NCBI GenBank assembly: GCA_013265495.1
Contig: MU057887.1
Span: 2,327,576-2,391,575 of the forward strand
DNA: 64,000 bases
From: Vicugna vicugna
Taxonomy: Eukaryota
Direction: 5' to 3'
Below are positions 1 through 11,600 of the stretch, piece after piece. A program made the translations under genes and the position numbers. The notes beneath the pieces were generated by a model. The model did not search any database. It saw nothing but the letters and a program-made list of their open reading frames with translations, and was not told the DNA's origin. Numbering within the stretch: position 1 is the first letter of the stretch; each line of letters begins with the position of its first letter.

Positions 1-1089
1 ATTGGGCAAATGGTCTACCTCCTTTACTTCTGTTTAGAGTTTAGAGTCCTTGGAATCAGATCAATTTTACAAGCGATCAATGAAGAGACACTCTAGGGCC
101 AGCATGCTGGCAGGCAGCATGGGTTCTGGAGGCTGGCAAGACATGTCTGTGCTGCCAATTGTCCGTCCTTCCTGTGAGAAAACTGTGCCCCAACTAAACA
201 AGTGAAATCCTGTAGCAGTATCCACGCTGTGGTGGACACAGTGCTGCGTGATGAGGACACCCATCTGTCTTTAAAATCATGACGTGATAGAAGGAACAAG
301 CACTTTGCCCTCAGGAGAAACTCAGATCCTGAAGTTTCTTACAGAGAAAAGTAGGGTGAGTCTCTGAACCAGGCTGGTTTCGCCATTTGGGAACAAGAGC
401 TAAGATGCCTTTGCTTCATCCGCTTAGAGTCTCAGTGACCCTCAGATAAACAAATGAGACAATTTGAAAATGGACGCCCTCACACAGCGGTCCCGGCCAT
501 CTCCGGTAGGACAGGGTGGAGACCCTTCAGGTGTGCAGCGGAGTGTGTGTGGAGGGAACCCCCAGGGAGCAAGGTGACAGTGGCCCTGAAACAGGGCGGT
601 TTAGAAGCTCTGCAGCCGCCGCTTCCCTGGGCTATTTTCCAACTTGTAAACTAAAATATTCTGATTTTGACCAAAGAGATAAATCTTTGGGTCCCTGCAA
701 GGAAGGGAGATATGAAAGTGATTCCTACAGAAATGCTGGAGACATGAAGGCCTCCACATTGAGCAGAAACCTTCCAGAAATAAACATCTGCCTGTGGACG
801 GACAGGGCAACATGACAATCTCCAGCCGGACTCCAGGCAAAAAGATAAATTAGTACAAAGTGTCAGGTGATCACTCATAATGGTAACCATTGTGCCATTT
901 GGATCTGGGACTTGAAATTACGCTTATTATCTGGTTAAGCGAGGCAGTCATGGTGGTCTCGGTCGGTGGCACCTAAGAAAACCCGGTAGGAACGACCTGA
1001 ATTGTGTCTGAGGAAACACTCTCTCCATCAGGTCTGCCTACGTGATCTCCAGCAGGTAAGCTTCACCGATCACAAGGTTAAGTTCAAAG

Positions 1090-1310
1090 TCACGAAGCGT
1101 TTACAGAAGCACCATGAGAAAGGGCATCAAAAGAGACGTCAGAGCCACGAGGCGGGAGGGGTCTGGGTCCCCGGGTCGCCACGCGGAAGGCTGCGTCCCG
1201 GGAACCCACACAAAGCTGCTATTTGGCCAAGGAAACAAAAAAACTTATATTTTGTTAACCCACTGAGATTTTTGGATTGTCGGCTGTAGGGCTGTGCTAG
1301 TCTGAGCAAT
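1090..1310 (+). mobile_element. Degenerate MaLR (MLT1-type) LTR 3' part
   Basis: 'aaacttatattttgttaacccactgagatttttggattgt' resembles the MLT1 3' end motif (aaacctttattgttttaagccactgagattt..ggttgt). Confidence 0.45.
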
Positions 1311-1669
1311 GATGTATGTCCCTTCTTCTATTCAGGCCAATTTTCATTTTTTCGGGAGCCTAGAGTCCTTTGAAAGGAAAATGGTATTATATATAATACA
1401 TCATATGCCTATTATTACATACAGATACTGATACGTGGGTATGTTTCTGTAGATACATAGTGTTTTATGTTCACATGTTTTACTACTGGTTATGCGTTCC
1501 AGCATGCATACTTCCCATTATTTTTGCTTCAAGCAGTCAATTTTTAGAAAGTATTTAAGATAAGAGAACAAAGCACATAGCCTTTAAATTTATCTACATA
1601 TATAGAGATAAATATATATACATATAAACATGTCTATATCTACACACATATAATGAATAAAGGGGTAGA

Positions 1670-4310
1670 GTATTTCAGAGCAAAAATACAAATTCTCAAA
1701 AAGACCAAATGCAATTCTAGACTGAAAAATACATATCTGAAATTTTAAAAGGTGAACAGGTTTAAAGCACATCAGAGATGGAAAAAGAAAGTCGCAGTGG
1801 AGTTGAAGATAGGGCAACACACATTCTCCAAAATCAAGCAGGGAGAAAATATATGGAAAGAAAAATGGACCAAAGCACGGGCGACAGATGTTACAAAGAA
1901 ATCTGTCTAATACACATGAAATTGGAGCGTGAGGAGGAGAAGGAAAAAAGGAGATGGCAAAATATTCAAAGAAATACTTGCTGAATTTTGTTTCCAGTTT
2001 GATAAAAAGGCAAGTCGCCCCGCAGCCTGAGCGGCTCAGCGATGTCTAAGGGGCTGACTCTGCCACCCCGCTGAAAACGGAAGACAGAGGCAAGGCCACT
2101 GACGGGGCCCGTGCCGGGGAGGCGGCCGTGGCACAGCTGTACGAATGGCTTCTCGCTGCAAACAGCTCAGCCAGGAGAAGGAGACAGCACATCCCCGAGG
2201 CCACGGTGGCTGGGACCTGCCGCAGCAGCGTCTGGAGAGAAGGGGGCTGCTTGGAGGAACAGCTCCAGAAACCCGCATGGACGTTCCCTTGAGACACTGG
2301 CCCAACATGGATCTGCAGGTGGGGCTCCAGGACACACGTCAAAGGAAGGCTGGAGACGGAATTGTTAGACAAAGGGAAACAAATATTACAAGAATTAAAA
2401 CAGAAGGGACCAGAATTCTTGTTATTCATAGAAAATATAGTAAGACAGATACATAATCCAAGGAATCCACAGATAAGTTATTAAACTGAACAAGAAATTG
2501 TAAGGATGAGAGCAAATTAAGAATCAATTGCATTTTGTATGCAGAAAAAAACAACAAAATATGGCAATTATAAAAACGACAAAATAACAGGATACCAAGG
2601 AATAAATTTAGCAAAAGAAGTATATGACTTTACTGAAAAAAATTAAGAGTCTTGGTTCAGGACATTTTTATTTTTATTTTTTTTAAATTTTTTATTGATT
2701 TATAGTCATTTTACAATGTTGTGTCAAACTCCAGTGTAGAGCACAATTTTTCAGTCATACATGAACATATATATATTCATTGTCACATTTTTTTCTCTGT
2801 GAGCTACCATAAGATCTTGTATATATTTCCCTGTGCTATACAGTATAATCTTGTTTATCTATTCTACTATTTTGAAATCCCAGTCTATATCTTCCCACCC
2901 CCTGCCCCCTTGGCAACCACAAGTTTGTATTCTATGTCTGTGAGTCTATTTCTGTTTTGTATTTGTGCTTTGTTTTTTTGTTTTTGTTTTTTAGATTCCA
3001 CATATGAGCAATCTCATATGGTATTTTTCTTTCTCTCTCTGGCTTACTTCACTTAGAATGACATTCTCCAGGAGCATCCATGTTGCTGCAAATGGCGTTA
3101 TGTTGTCAGTTTTTATGGCTGAGTAGTATTCCATTGTATAAATATACCACATCTGCTTTACCCAGTCATCTATTGATGGACATTTAGGCTGTTTTCATGT
3201 CTTGGCTATTGTAAATAGTGCTGCTATGAACATTGGGGTGCAGGTGTCAACCTGAAGTAAGGTTCCTTCTGGATATACTTCCAGGAGTGGGATTCCTGGG
3301 TCATATGGTAAGTCTATTCCTAGTCTTTTGAGGAATCTCCACACTGTTTTCCATAGTGGCTGCACCAAACTGCATTCCCACCAGCAGTGTAGGAGGGTTC
3401 CCCTTTCTCCACAGCCTCTCCAGCATTTGTCATTTGTGGATATCTGATAATTAGTGATACTGAGCATTTTTTCATGTGCTTTTTGATCATTTGTATGTCT
3501 TCCTTGGAGAATTGCTTGTTTAGGTTTCTGCCCATTTTTGGATTGTGTTGTTTGGTTGTTTCTTGTTAAGTTGTATGAGCTGCTTATATATTCTGGAGAT
3601 CAAGCCTTTGTCGGTTTCATTTGCAAAAATTTTCTCCCATGGTTCAGGACATTTTTAAAAAGCTGAATGAATGGAAGGAGATACAGGTGCGTGGAGAGGC
3701 AGGTTCAATATGGATCATATGTCCCTTTTCCCAGACTCGTCCCCAGAAGTGAAGGAAGCCCCGTCACAATGCTGTCAGGGCTCCTCACGGACTCTGTCCA
3801 GTTGACTCTACCTTCATGTGGAAGAGGGGACGGCTCAGAACTTCCGGGAGCGTTATGCCACAGCAGACACCATGATTTCCCGTTGCAGTGACCCCAGGGA
3901 GACCAGGTGAGCCTGGAAAATAACGGGCGGAATTTCAGATGCTAGAAGAGCGCATGGTGTCCTTAGGACTTCGTGCTGAATAACGCGTTTGTGCACGAGT
4001 CTTCAGCTGCACAAGGCACAAAGGAAAACATGAATAAATTCCAGGGCATTAAAACTCAAAACCTTTGGTTTTAAAAACACTGTAAACACAGCCGCGCCGG
4101 AAGAAGATATTTGCATTGTGTGTAATTGACCGAAGCTCAGACTTCAGCCTGCAGGGAAACCCCACCCACAAACAAGGACACAGACCCGCAGCAGAGAGGT
4201 CAAAGGATGAGAGGAAAACGCGTCACGGAAAAGGAAACCAGGGTTTTGAATAAACAGGTCAAAAACCCCAAGCTCACTAATAATTCAGGAAAGACCTGCT
4301 ATAATCCCAG
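1670..4310 (+). mobile_element. Old fragmented LINE-1 (ORF1/ORF2 remnants), interrupted by a younger L1 at 2671-3640
   Basis: A-rich L1-like tracts, e.g. 'attctagactgaaaaatacatatctgaaatttt' and 'gaatcaattgcattttgtatgc...ggaataaatttagcaaaagaagtatatgacttt'; no intact ORF. Confidence 0.65.
2671..3640 (-). mobile_element. Young 5'-truncated lineage-specific L1 (ORF2 C-terminus + 3'UTR + polyA) with 17-bp TSD
   Basis: Poly-T at 2671-2700. ORFs 3195..3467 and 3320..3535 translate as L1 ORF2 C-terminal motifs ([19 protein letters not shown]...[10 protein letters not shown]...PYDPGIPLL). Perfect TSD ggttcaggacattttta at 2654-2670 and 3641-3657, with a TTTT/AA endonuclease site. Confidence 0.93.
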
Positions 4311-4333
4311 CGGGTTACAGTGTCACACTTGCC

Positions 4334-4704
4334 ACCTATTGTCTGAATGTCTGTGTTCCCCCAAATTCATATGCTGAGATCCTGACCCCCAAGGCGAGGG
4401 TGTCAGGGGGTGAGGTCTTTGGGGGGTGCTGAGGTCATGAGTGGGGAGCCCCTGTGGGCGGGATTTGTGCTTTTATTAAGGAGGCCCAGGGAACCCCCTT
4501 GCCCCCCACCGACCTCGTGAGGGCAGTGTGAGGCTCAGCCGGCAGGCCCGGAAAAGGGCTCCCCCAACACCTGGCCAGGCTGCCGAGGGGCTCTTGAACT
4601 TCTGGCCTCAGAGCTGCGGGAAGTTAACTTCTGTGGTTTCTACACCATGTAGCTGGTGCTATTCTTAAAGAGCATTCTGACAGCAGCCCGAGCAGACTGA
4701 GAGA
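4334..4704 (+). mobile_element. MaLR solo LTR, MLT1A/MLT1A0-like
   Basis: Starts 'ctgaatgtctgtgttcccccaaattcatatgctgagatcctgacccccaag' and ends 'cagcagcccgagcagactgagaga', matching MLT1A termini. Confidence 0.8.
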
Positions 4705-5029
4705 ACGCCTGTCGGGGGGTCAAAAGAGTGAGGGGAGACGCACTCCGGGGGGCGGGGAGGGCGTGGCCGCTGGGGTGCGCCTGGCAGGAGGACGAGCCTG
4801 CACCTCTGCCCTGGAGCGGACTGATCGGTCTGGCCAACCTGAGATGCACGTTTCCTGCGCCCAGCCGTTTCGCTCACAGTCACGGACTCAGCCTTCAAAC
4901 AAGTCATCGGGAACCCCGTGCAGGGTTGGTCCTTGCAGTTCCAACTCGTTTGGTAGAAGGGAAAAATCAGACGCAGCGGAAATCCATCACGAGGAAAATG
5001 GCTAAGGACACCGCAGTCCCTTCGCACAG

Positions 5030-5135
5030 GAAGACGCTTCACAGAGAGAGCACGTGAGCTGGAGGCTCTGCACCGGAAATGGACGCATTGTAAACTGACT
5101 GTGTTTCAGTTAGAGAAAACAGGGAAAAAAAGCTA
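5030..5135 (+). mobile_element. Short L1 3' end fragment (lineage-type)
   Basis: 'gcaccggaaatggacgcattgtaaactgactgtgtttcagttagagaaaa' matches the L1 3' terminus seen at 13253-13310 and 34500-34550. Confidence 0.6.
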
Positions 5136-8068
5136 CACAGAAAGTCAAAGGAATATTGAAACCAAAACCAAAACCAAAACCAAACAAAACAGAAAAGAAA
5201 TGAACTGGGATGATGTGTGAACGTGTCTGACCCTCACGCATGTGATGCTGGTGCAGCGAGCAGGTCGCGGACGTCCCTGTGGACAGTGGTGAAAATAGAG
5301 CACTAGAGCTCCACGTGCGGGCAGGTGGCGGACGGGGTGAAAGTGTGACGCGGGCACCAGAGTCAGCCAAGCGGTCGGGGAGGGGGCTGCCTCTTGGAGG
5401 AGGTGGGGCTCGAGTGCAGCCCCCCAGGTAGGGTGCATTTTGCCAGGTGTGGGGATGCAGCCAGCGAAGAAGCGGAATTAATTAAGGTTAATTGAAGCCC
5501 AGGCCCCTAGGTGGTGGGCTGCGGTGGGGGCGCCCTCCCCCGTATCCGAGGTCACTGCAAAACCTGCAGTGGTTTTATGTCACTGCCAACTGGGGATGGA
5601 GAGTGTGAGCACTGAGTGGTGCTAGGACAGGGTCAAGGTCAGCTTTCAGGACAGGGTCAAGGTCACCTGCGCTCTCCCACGGTCTTAGCGAGGGATGCGG
5701 ATTTGGCATGAGCTGCCTGGCAGCCAGAGCAGAAAGAAGACTGCTGTGTGGCTCAGTGTCTATCAGAATAAAAACACAAACCCCGAGGGGCTTGTGGGAG
5801 GCCCCGTGCTCCGGCCTGGGAGCAAGCCCTCCCCGGAGTCCTTATGCAGGAAGCGCCTGATGGCATTGCAGCACCGCAGAGCTTTTTCTCGCAATTCCCC
5901 GCATGGTAACTGTTACGACCACTCCCCACCCCCGGTAGGTGGTGTGCCCAGGAGGCCGCTGGTAAGAGGAGGGAGGACGCGTTATTGCAAACAGGGCACC
6001 TGTTACGTAGAATATGGAAAATTCCAGGGTTTCCAGAGAGAGAGGTAAATGCTGCGGGCCAGAGGGCAGGTTGCAGGGCTCCCCTCAGAGGACCCCGAAG
6101 AGCCACGGCCCCCAGTGCCCACATCCCCAGATAGTGCCCTCCTGTGTCGAATCAGGGCTGTGTGACCCCTAGTTCAGAGATAACAATCGGGTCATGGGAG
6201 CCATTCCACTTGGCCCTGCATCGCAGATCGCTCACTCCGAGGGTACCAACATTCCATGAAGATGCTCGGGGGGCCCCCAGAGATGTCCAGGTGCAGAGGA
6301 ATTGAGGCCCCCAGCCAAGAGCCGGCACCAGACGCGGCCCGGGTGGACCTTTCAGTGGCCATCAGACCTTCTGATGGCTGTGGCCTGGCCAGCACCTTGC
6401 TGCAGCCACCTGGGAGACCCCAAGCAAGAGCTGCCCGGGAGTCATGGAATCTGTGAGCACGATAAACAGCAGGTCTACGTCACTAGGCGTGGGGTCACCT
6501 GTCACGTGGCTTTGAATGTCTGCAGCTGACACTGAGCACAGTGCTGGGAGGTGACAGATACTCAAAAAGAAGAAAGTACTGGCGTCGTCAAATAAAGGCA
6601 GCTCCACGTTCTGACAGCTGCCCTAGATCATCCAGGACACATCTTGCCGCAGGCTCGGTCCACACCCCCCGCGCCCTCTGGGGAGGCTCTGCCCAGCAGA
6701 AGACGCCGCCAGATGGTGGCGGACCGGCCGACACCGTCGGACCCTCGTTCTGATCCACTGCACTTGAGTCCTCGGGAGACGGAAGGCAGGCAGGGCAGCC
6801 GCAGGGCGGGAGCCAGCCTGCGTGCTCTCGGAGGCGCGGCCAGAGAGCTCGGCCCGAGCGCCAGCGACCTTGAACGCCCTTCGCAAGCTCCCCGCTCCGG
6901 AGCCCGACTGCAGCTGTTCCTCCGCCTCTGTGCCTCTTGAAGCTTATAATACAATTTAATAAAAGTCCTTCCCTGGGAATTTCTTTGTTCTTGGAGCAGC
7001 TCTTTGTTTCTCGCATCCTGAGAGAGCCCGCGTACAACCACGAGGGCCCGGGTGGAGGAAGGGCTAAGGACCTCGGACTGAGTCTTAAAGAGCGCAGTCA
7101 AGGCTGGTGCCTGCGTGGAGCGCTCCCAGCCCAGCTCCTCGGGAAGACAGGGCCCCGCGTCCCTGCTCTGCCTGCTAAGACGGCCTGGATTTCCATAAGT
7201 AAGTAGAGAAACACAGCCAGCGTGCCAGAGGCAGACAGCGAAAGCAAGGCAGAACGCAGCGCTCATTAACTTCCCGGCCCTCTAACAGGGCCACGGCGGG
7301 CTGAGCAACATCTCTGCCTGGATAGCTCAGCACAAAGCCCCATCTGGGCCTCAGCCACCTGGGGATTCAGATTAGGCTCCCGGCTGCTCTGGAGTCTGGC
7401 TGCCTGCTCCTCCAGGAAAACCGTATCCAGAAAGGCGCCCACGTTGTGTGCCAGGAGGTCACTCATGCGTGCCCTGCCGGAGCCGGGTTGGGCATCCTCT
7501 GTGCTCACCTCCCAGCAGGCAGCTCTGGGGCGGGGGAGGAGGCCGGGGCCAGGGAGCCGGGCTGGCCGCTGGCAGCCCTTCCCGGGTTGACCAGCACCAC
7601 GGCAGCTGTATCTTTACAGCCGTAGACAGAAGAAAGTCTCACGGACGCGGATGGATGCATGCCCTTTAGAAGGACACCCGCGAGCACGTGAACCAGCAGA
7701 GAGGAGGGGCTCAGAGCCTGATGCAGCCCAGAGCAGCTCGAGCTCTGGGGACAGACGATGAGCACGGCTCCGACCTCGAGCAGAGGGGCGAGGCAGCCCA
7801 TGCGGCCTGGAGGCCCGGCCTCCCTTTTCCTGCCTTCGCAGTTCTCACCTCGCCTGCTGCCGCAAGCCTGGGGCGTCGGCGTCAGCGCACCGGCCCCGTG
7901 CCTGCGTGGAGGTGGAGGTGTTCTCAGCTGTGGGCTGTCCGCACCTGTGGTCCTGAGCGCTCTGTCACATTCTGCGTGCAGGATTCCCCGGTGCACTGCT
8001 TGCACCTGGGTGGGTGCTCCGTGACCCTCAGCACCAGGGACGTGGAGCTCAGGGCAGACAGTCAGATA

Positions 8069-8408
8069 CGTCAGCCCTCGGTATCCACGGGGGATTGGTC
8101 CCGGACCCCGACGGACACCAAAACCCACGGATGCTCTAGTCTCTTAAAACGGCGTATAACCTGTGCGCACCCTCCCGCACACTTTAACTCACCCCCAGAT
8201 TACCTGTAGTGCCTAACACAATGTAAATGCTATGTAAATAGTTGTAAATACAATGGAAATGACATGCAAATCGTTGACTGTGTGCAGCAAATCCAAGTTT
8301 TACTTTTTGGAACTTTCTGGATTTTTGAGGTGAAACTATTTTCGATCCTTCCATCCATGGCTGCTTGAGTCTTTGGAGACAGAGCCCGAGGACGTGGAGG
8401 CCCCGCCG
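8069..8408 (+). mobile_element. MER2/MER2B-like TcMar-Tigger non-autonomous DNA transposon
   Basis: TA followed by 'cgtcagccctcggtatccacgggggattggtcccggacccc...caaaacccacggatgctc', internal 'acaatgtaaatgctatgtaaatagttgt', degenerate right TIR 'ggacgtggaggccccgccg'. Confidence 0.85.
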
Positions 8409-8774
8409 CACACGTCACCCACCCCACCTGAGAACTCAGTTCTGCACAGGCTTATTGCGACCTGGATAGAAACGTGCACCCACACGAGGAAGCCGCAGAG
8501 GCTGGAGATCTGCAGGCCCTGCTACCTGAGCTCACACCCACAGGGCCCAGCCTGCAGCCAAACACCCCAGGAAGTTCGGGTCCGCTTCCACTACGGTAAG
8601 AATTCTCAACTCTGTTTCCCATTGCCGGCTTGAATTAAATCCCAAATCCTCAGCCAGCCCTTCGAAGCCTTCTCTAAACTTCCCCACCTGGACTGTGCTG
8701 TAATTTCTCCTCCAGGCTGCCACACCCTGCTGCACTGCTCCCTAACTATACCCCCTCCCCAGCTGGGGGCAGGA

Positions 8775-9030
8775 GAGCACGGTGGTGAGGGCATGGGCTT
8801 GGGGTCCAGGCAGACTGGGACTCTGATCCACAATCTGTATGAGCTTCAGTTTCCTGATCTACAAAACAGGGATAATGCTGGTCCTGATTCCTACAGTCGG
8901 TAAGAGGATTAAACGTGGTACCTGGAAAGCAACACTCGACGCCCACACGTAGCTTACACCCAGCCACTAAGTGCCAAGTCGTTCTATGAATCCCACAACT
9001 CTGAACACGACTGTTACTGCATTTGCTATT
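8775..9030 (+). mobile_element. MIR SINE
   Basis: MIR core 'gagcttcagtttcctgatctacaaaacagggataat...gtaagaggattaaa'. Confidence 0.7.
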
Positions 9031-9035
9031 ACTCT

Positions 9036-9178
9036 TATCATCGCTGTCATCATCATCACCATCATCACCAGCATCACCACCATCACCGCCATCATCACCA
9101 CCATCACTGCCATCATCATCACCATCATCACCAGAATCATCATCTCCATCACCATCATCCTCCTCCTCCTCCTCCTCT
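9036..9178. repeat. Imperfect (CAT/CAC)n trinucleotide repeat followed by (CTC)n
   Basis: Directly visible; accounts for the low-complexity ORFs 8746..9240, 8967..9158 and the start of 8971..10134. Confidence 0.95.
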
Positions 9179-11499
9179 TTCTCGCCCTTCCTGCAGTGAA
9201 TGGAATCTCTTTTCTGCCTCCAGTCTTGTCCTCTCCTCACTCCGACCCTTTCCAGTCTCTGCTAGACTCTCTGAGCTCAGACCTTGGTGCCTGTAGCACA
9301 GGGAACCTGGACAGCTCTGACGCCACTGGATCTCAGTCCTCCCAGCTGGGAATCCTCCAAAGGAATCTCCCATGGCTGAGCCTCAGCGGTGTTTCCCGTG
9401 ACAACATTCAGTTAAGTGTTATATTGTGTGGTTCTCCAAATGTCCACCTGGATTCGAATTGGCCAATAAAACCAAATAATCAACCTATAAAGGGAGAACA
9501 ACTATTGTGGGAAGCAGTGAAATGGCCACGATTCAGACAGAATGCAGCCTCCAGGCAGCTGCTGGAACTGGGAAACACGAGTTCAGGTAGGGATTGTCAC
9601 CCACTGTGGGATGTCCTTTCTTTCAGGTGCCATCATGTGCACTTTAGACATAGTGACACCGAAGTGCAGAGCAATCACCACCCAGAACACAGCAGGAGCT
9701 GGACAACAGGCTATGGGGCCCCACTGGGTGCTCTTTCCACAAAAATGGAAGCCAGTTTCAGGGCCAGAGGAGAGCAAGCCCTGCCTGTACAGCGACAAGC
9801 TCAGTGTTGCCGGTGCAGCAGGAGTCCCACAGGGCGTCCTAGCACCTGGCCGGGAGCACCCTGGCCCCTGGCCTGGGGGATCATGGTCCCTGGCCGCCGG
9901 GAGCACCCTGGCTCCTGTGTCCAGGACTCTCACTGTGACCTGGAGAGCTTGGGGGAACGGGGCATCTGCAGTAAAGTTGAGGAGGCTGCACCCGGGGACA
10001 GGGCACTGCGCTGCAGGAGGCCGCGCAGCAGTGAGCCAGGGCTGGGATGGGCTGTACGGGGCTTCTGCCTTCCGCCCCAGGGCCAGTGCTCCTGCCGGTC
10101 AAGCCCTGGACCCCTGACCCACAGTTCTCCGTGAGCATCAGTCCCAGGGGTCACGGGTGTCACCACGTGAAGTTTTCTGAGGAAGATGGATTTCCAGAAG
10201 GCGTAGAGAGCTAAGCTGTCGGCCAGTCTAGGGCCTCTCAAGCCTGAAGAGCCTTGTGAAGGACACAGCTGCGGTGGCTCGGAGGTGCTGCGCTGCACAG
10301 AACGCCCCCAGGTCTGACCAGCCCGCCCCGTCTCCCTCCACTCAGGGCCTAATCTCTGCGCACAGAGGCTCTCGGATCCAGAGGACCCTCGAATGCCATC
10401 CTTGGTAATCGACTCCCCCCGCAGCCATGCTCCCCCAGCCCCTCGGCCGTCCTGCTGGCCCAGCACGGACCCCCTTCTTCCTCCTGCTTGAGCTGTCTGG
10501 CAGGGTCCCCCACCTCAGGGTCTCAGGTGCTTCACGCAGGCTCTACCCATCCAGTCTGCTGGCAGCTGGGCCATCCCAAGGGCTCCCTTCACCACCTGGA
10601 GGGGCTGCCTCCCGGGGAAGGAGGGAAGACCCCGGGTGAGTGTGCTGTGGGGCTGGTCTGGTCGGAGACTCGGGATGGGGTCCGAGGCTGACCCAGCAGC
10701 ACTGTTACTAAGCAGTGTCTTCATGAAGATGCTCCTACATCCAGGGCGTCTGCTCACGTCCCGGTGGGGCTGCCTCCTGCCCAGCCTGGGGTTCCCTTCC
10801 CGCCACCGACCTGAGGCTGAAACCACAGCGTGGTTTCTGGGATCAGCGCCTCTAGTGGGGCCCTGGTCCCCTATCACCCACTTCCAGGGCACAGGCCTCC
10901 CTGCTGTTTGATATTCTCTGCCAGATCGCAGAGGTAGCTCAGACCTTGTGCTTCCAGACAGAAAAGGCGCAGGGGGAGTAGCTGGACAGACTGGACAGAA
11001 GCCCCAACTGTGGGCTCTTCACGGATGTGGTGTTGCTGGCTCACATGACAGCGTCCAGCACGGGTGAGACCCCTGCGGCCGGGCAGCGACGCGGGTACCA
11101 GAAGGAAGACTCCTTCTGTGAATCACCCACCCCTGAATCTTCGGCTCTATCTACTCCCTTGACGCCTCTGGCCACCTCTCCCCCCAGATGGAGGGTGAGA
11201 TGAGACTCCACGACGTACAGCAGGCTGTCCTGGCTGATTCCTTCTGGGAGGAGCAGAGGGCCTGTGTGGCCGGGGCACGGGGAGCTGGGCTCCGCAGGAG
11301 CTGTCCCTTCACCCTGGGGGCCCGGGGACCTGACAGCAGAGCTGCTGGCTGACCTCCACAAGGTGCCTGCAGCCGGGCCGCAGTGAGTGTGTGCAAACAC
11401 CAGGAGAGGACCCTCCCAGGATGCCCGCCTCGGGACGGGCCCTGTCCAGCGCTGGGCAGTTGACCAGCCTGATTCCCAGTGCAGCCCCGGGGGCTACGC

Positions 11500-11600
11500 A
11501 CTATTATCCCAAAAGTCAGGAGATGAGGCCCAGAGGGCAGACGGTGCACATGAAGTCACAGAGCTAGTCGGTGTGGGGTCTAGATCCAGCCCAGGGCCCA
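11500..11600 (-). mobile_element. Degenerate MIR
   Basis: 'attatcccaaaagtcaggagatgaggcccagaggg...aagtcacagagctagt' resembles the MIR reverse core. Confidence 0.5.

Noticed and set aside
9849..9912. 17-bp direct repeat gccgggagcaccctggc (9849-9865, 9896-9912) as a CRISPR-like or TSD structure
   Set aside because: Only two copies, in eukaryotic DNA, with no polyA or element between them; most likely a small local duplication.
8971..10134. Longest ORF (387 aa) with an apparent signal/TM-like N-terminus
   Set aside because: It starts at a GTG inside a MIR. The hydrophobic stretch is a translation of the (CAT/CAC)n/(CTC)n microsatellite, and the remainder is GC-rich with no recognisable domain.
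10843..10860. CTCF-like cagcgcctctagtgg (and tgcccccctggtgg at ~12191)
   Set aside because: Spacing differs by one base from the CTCF core in each case.
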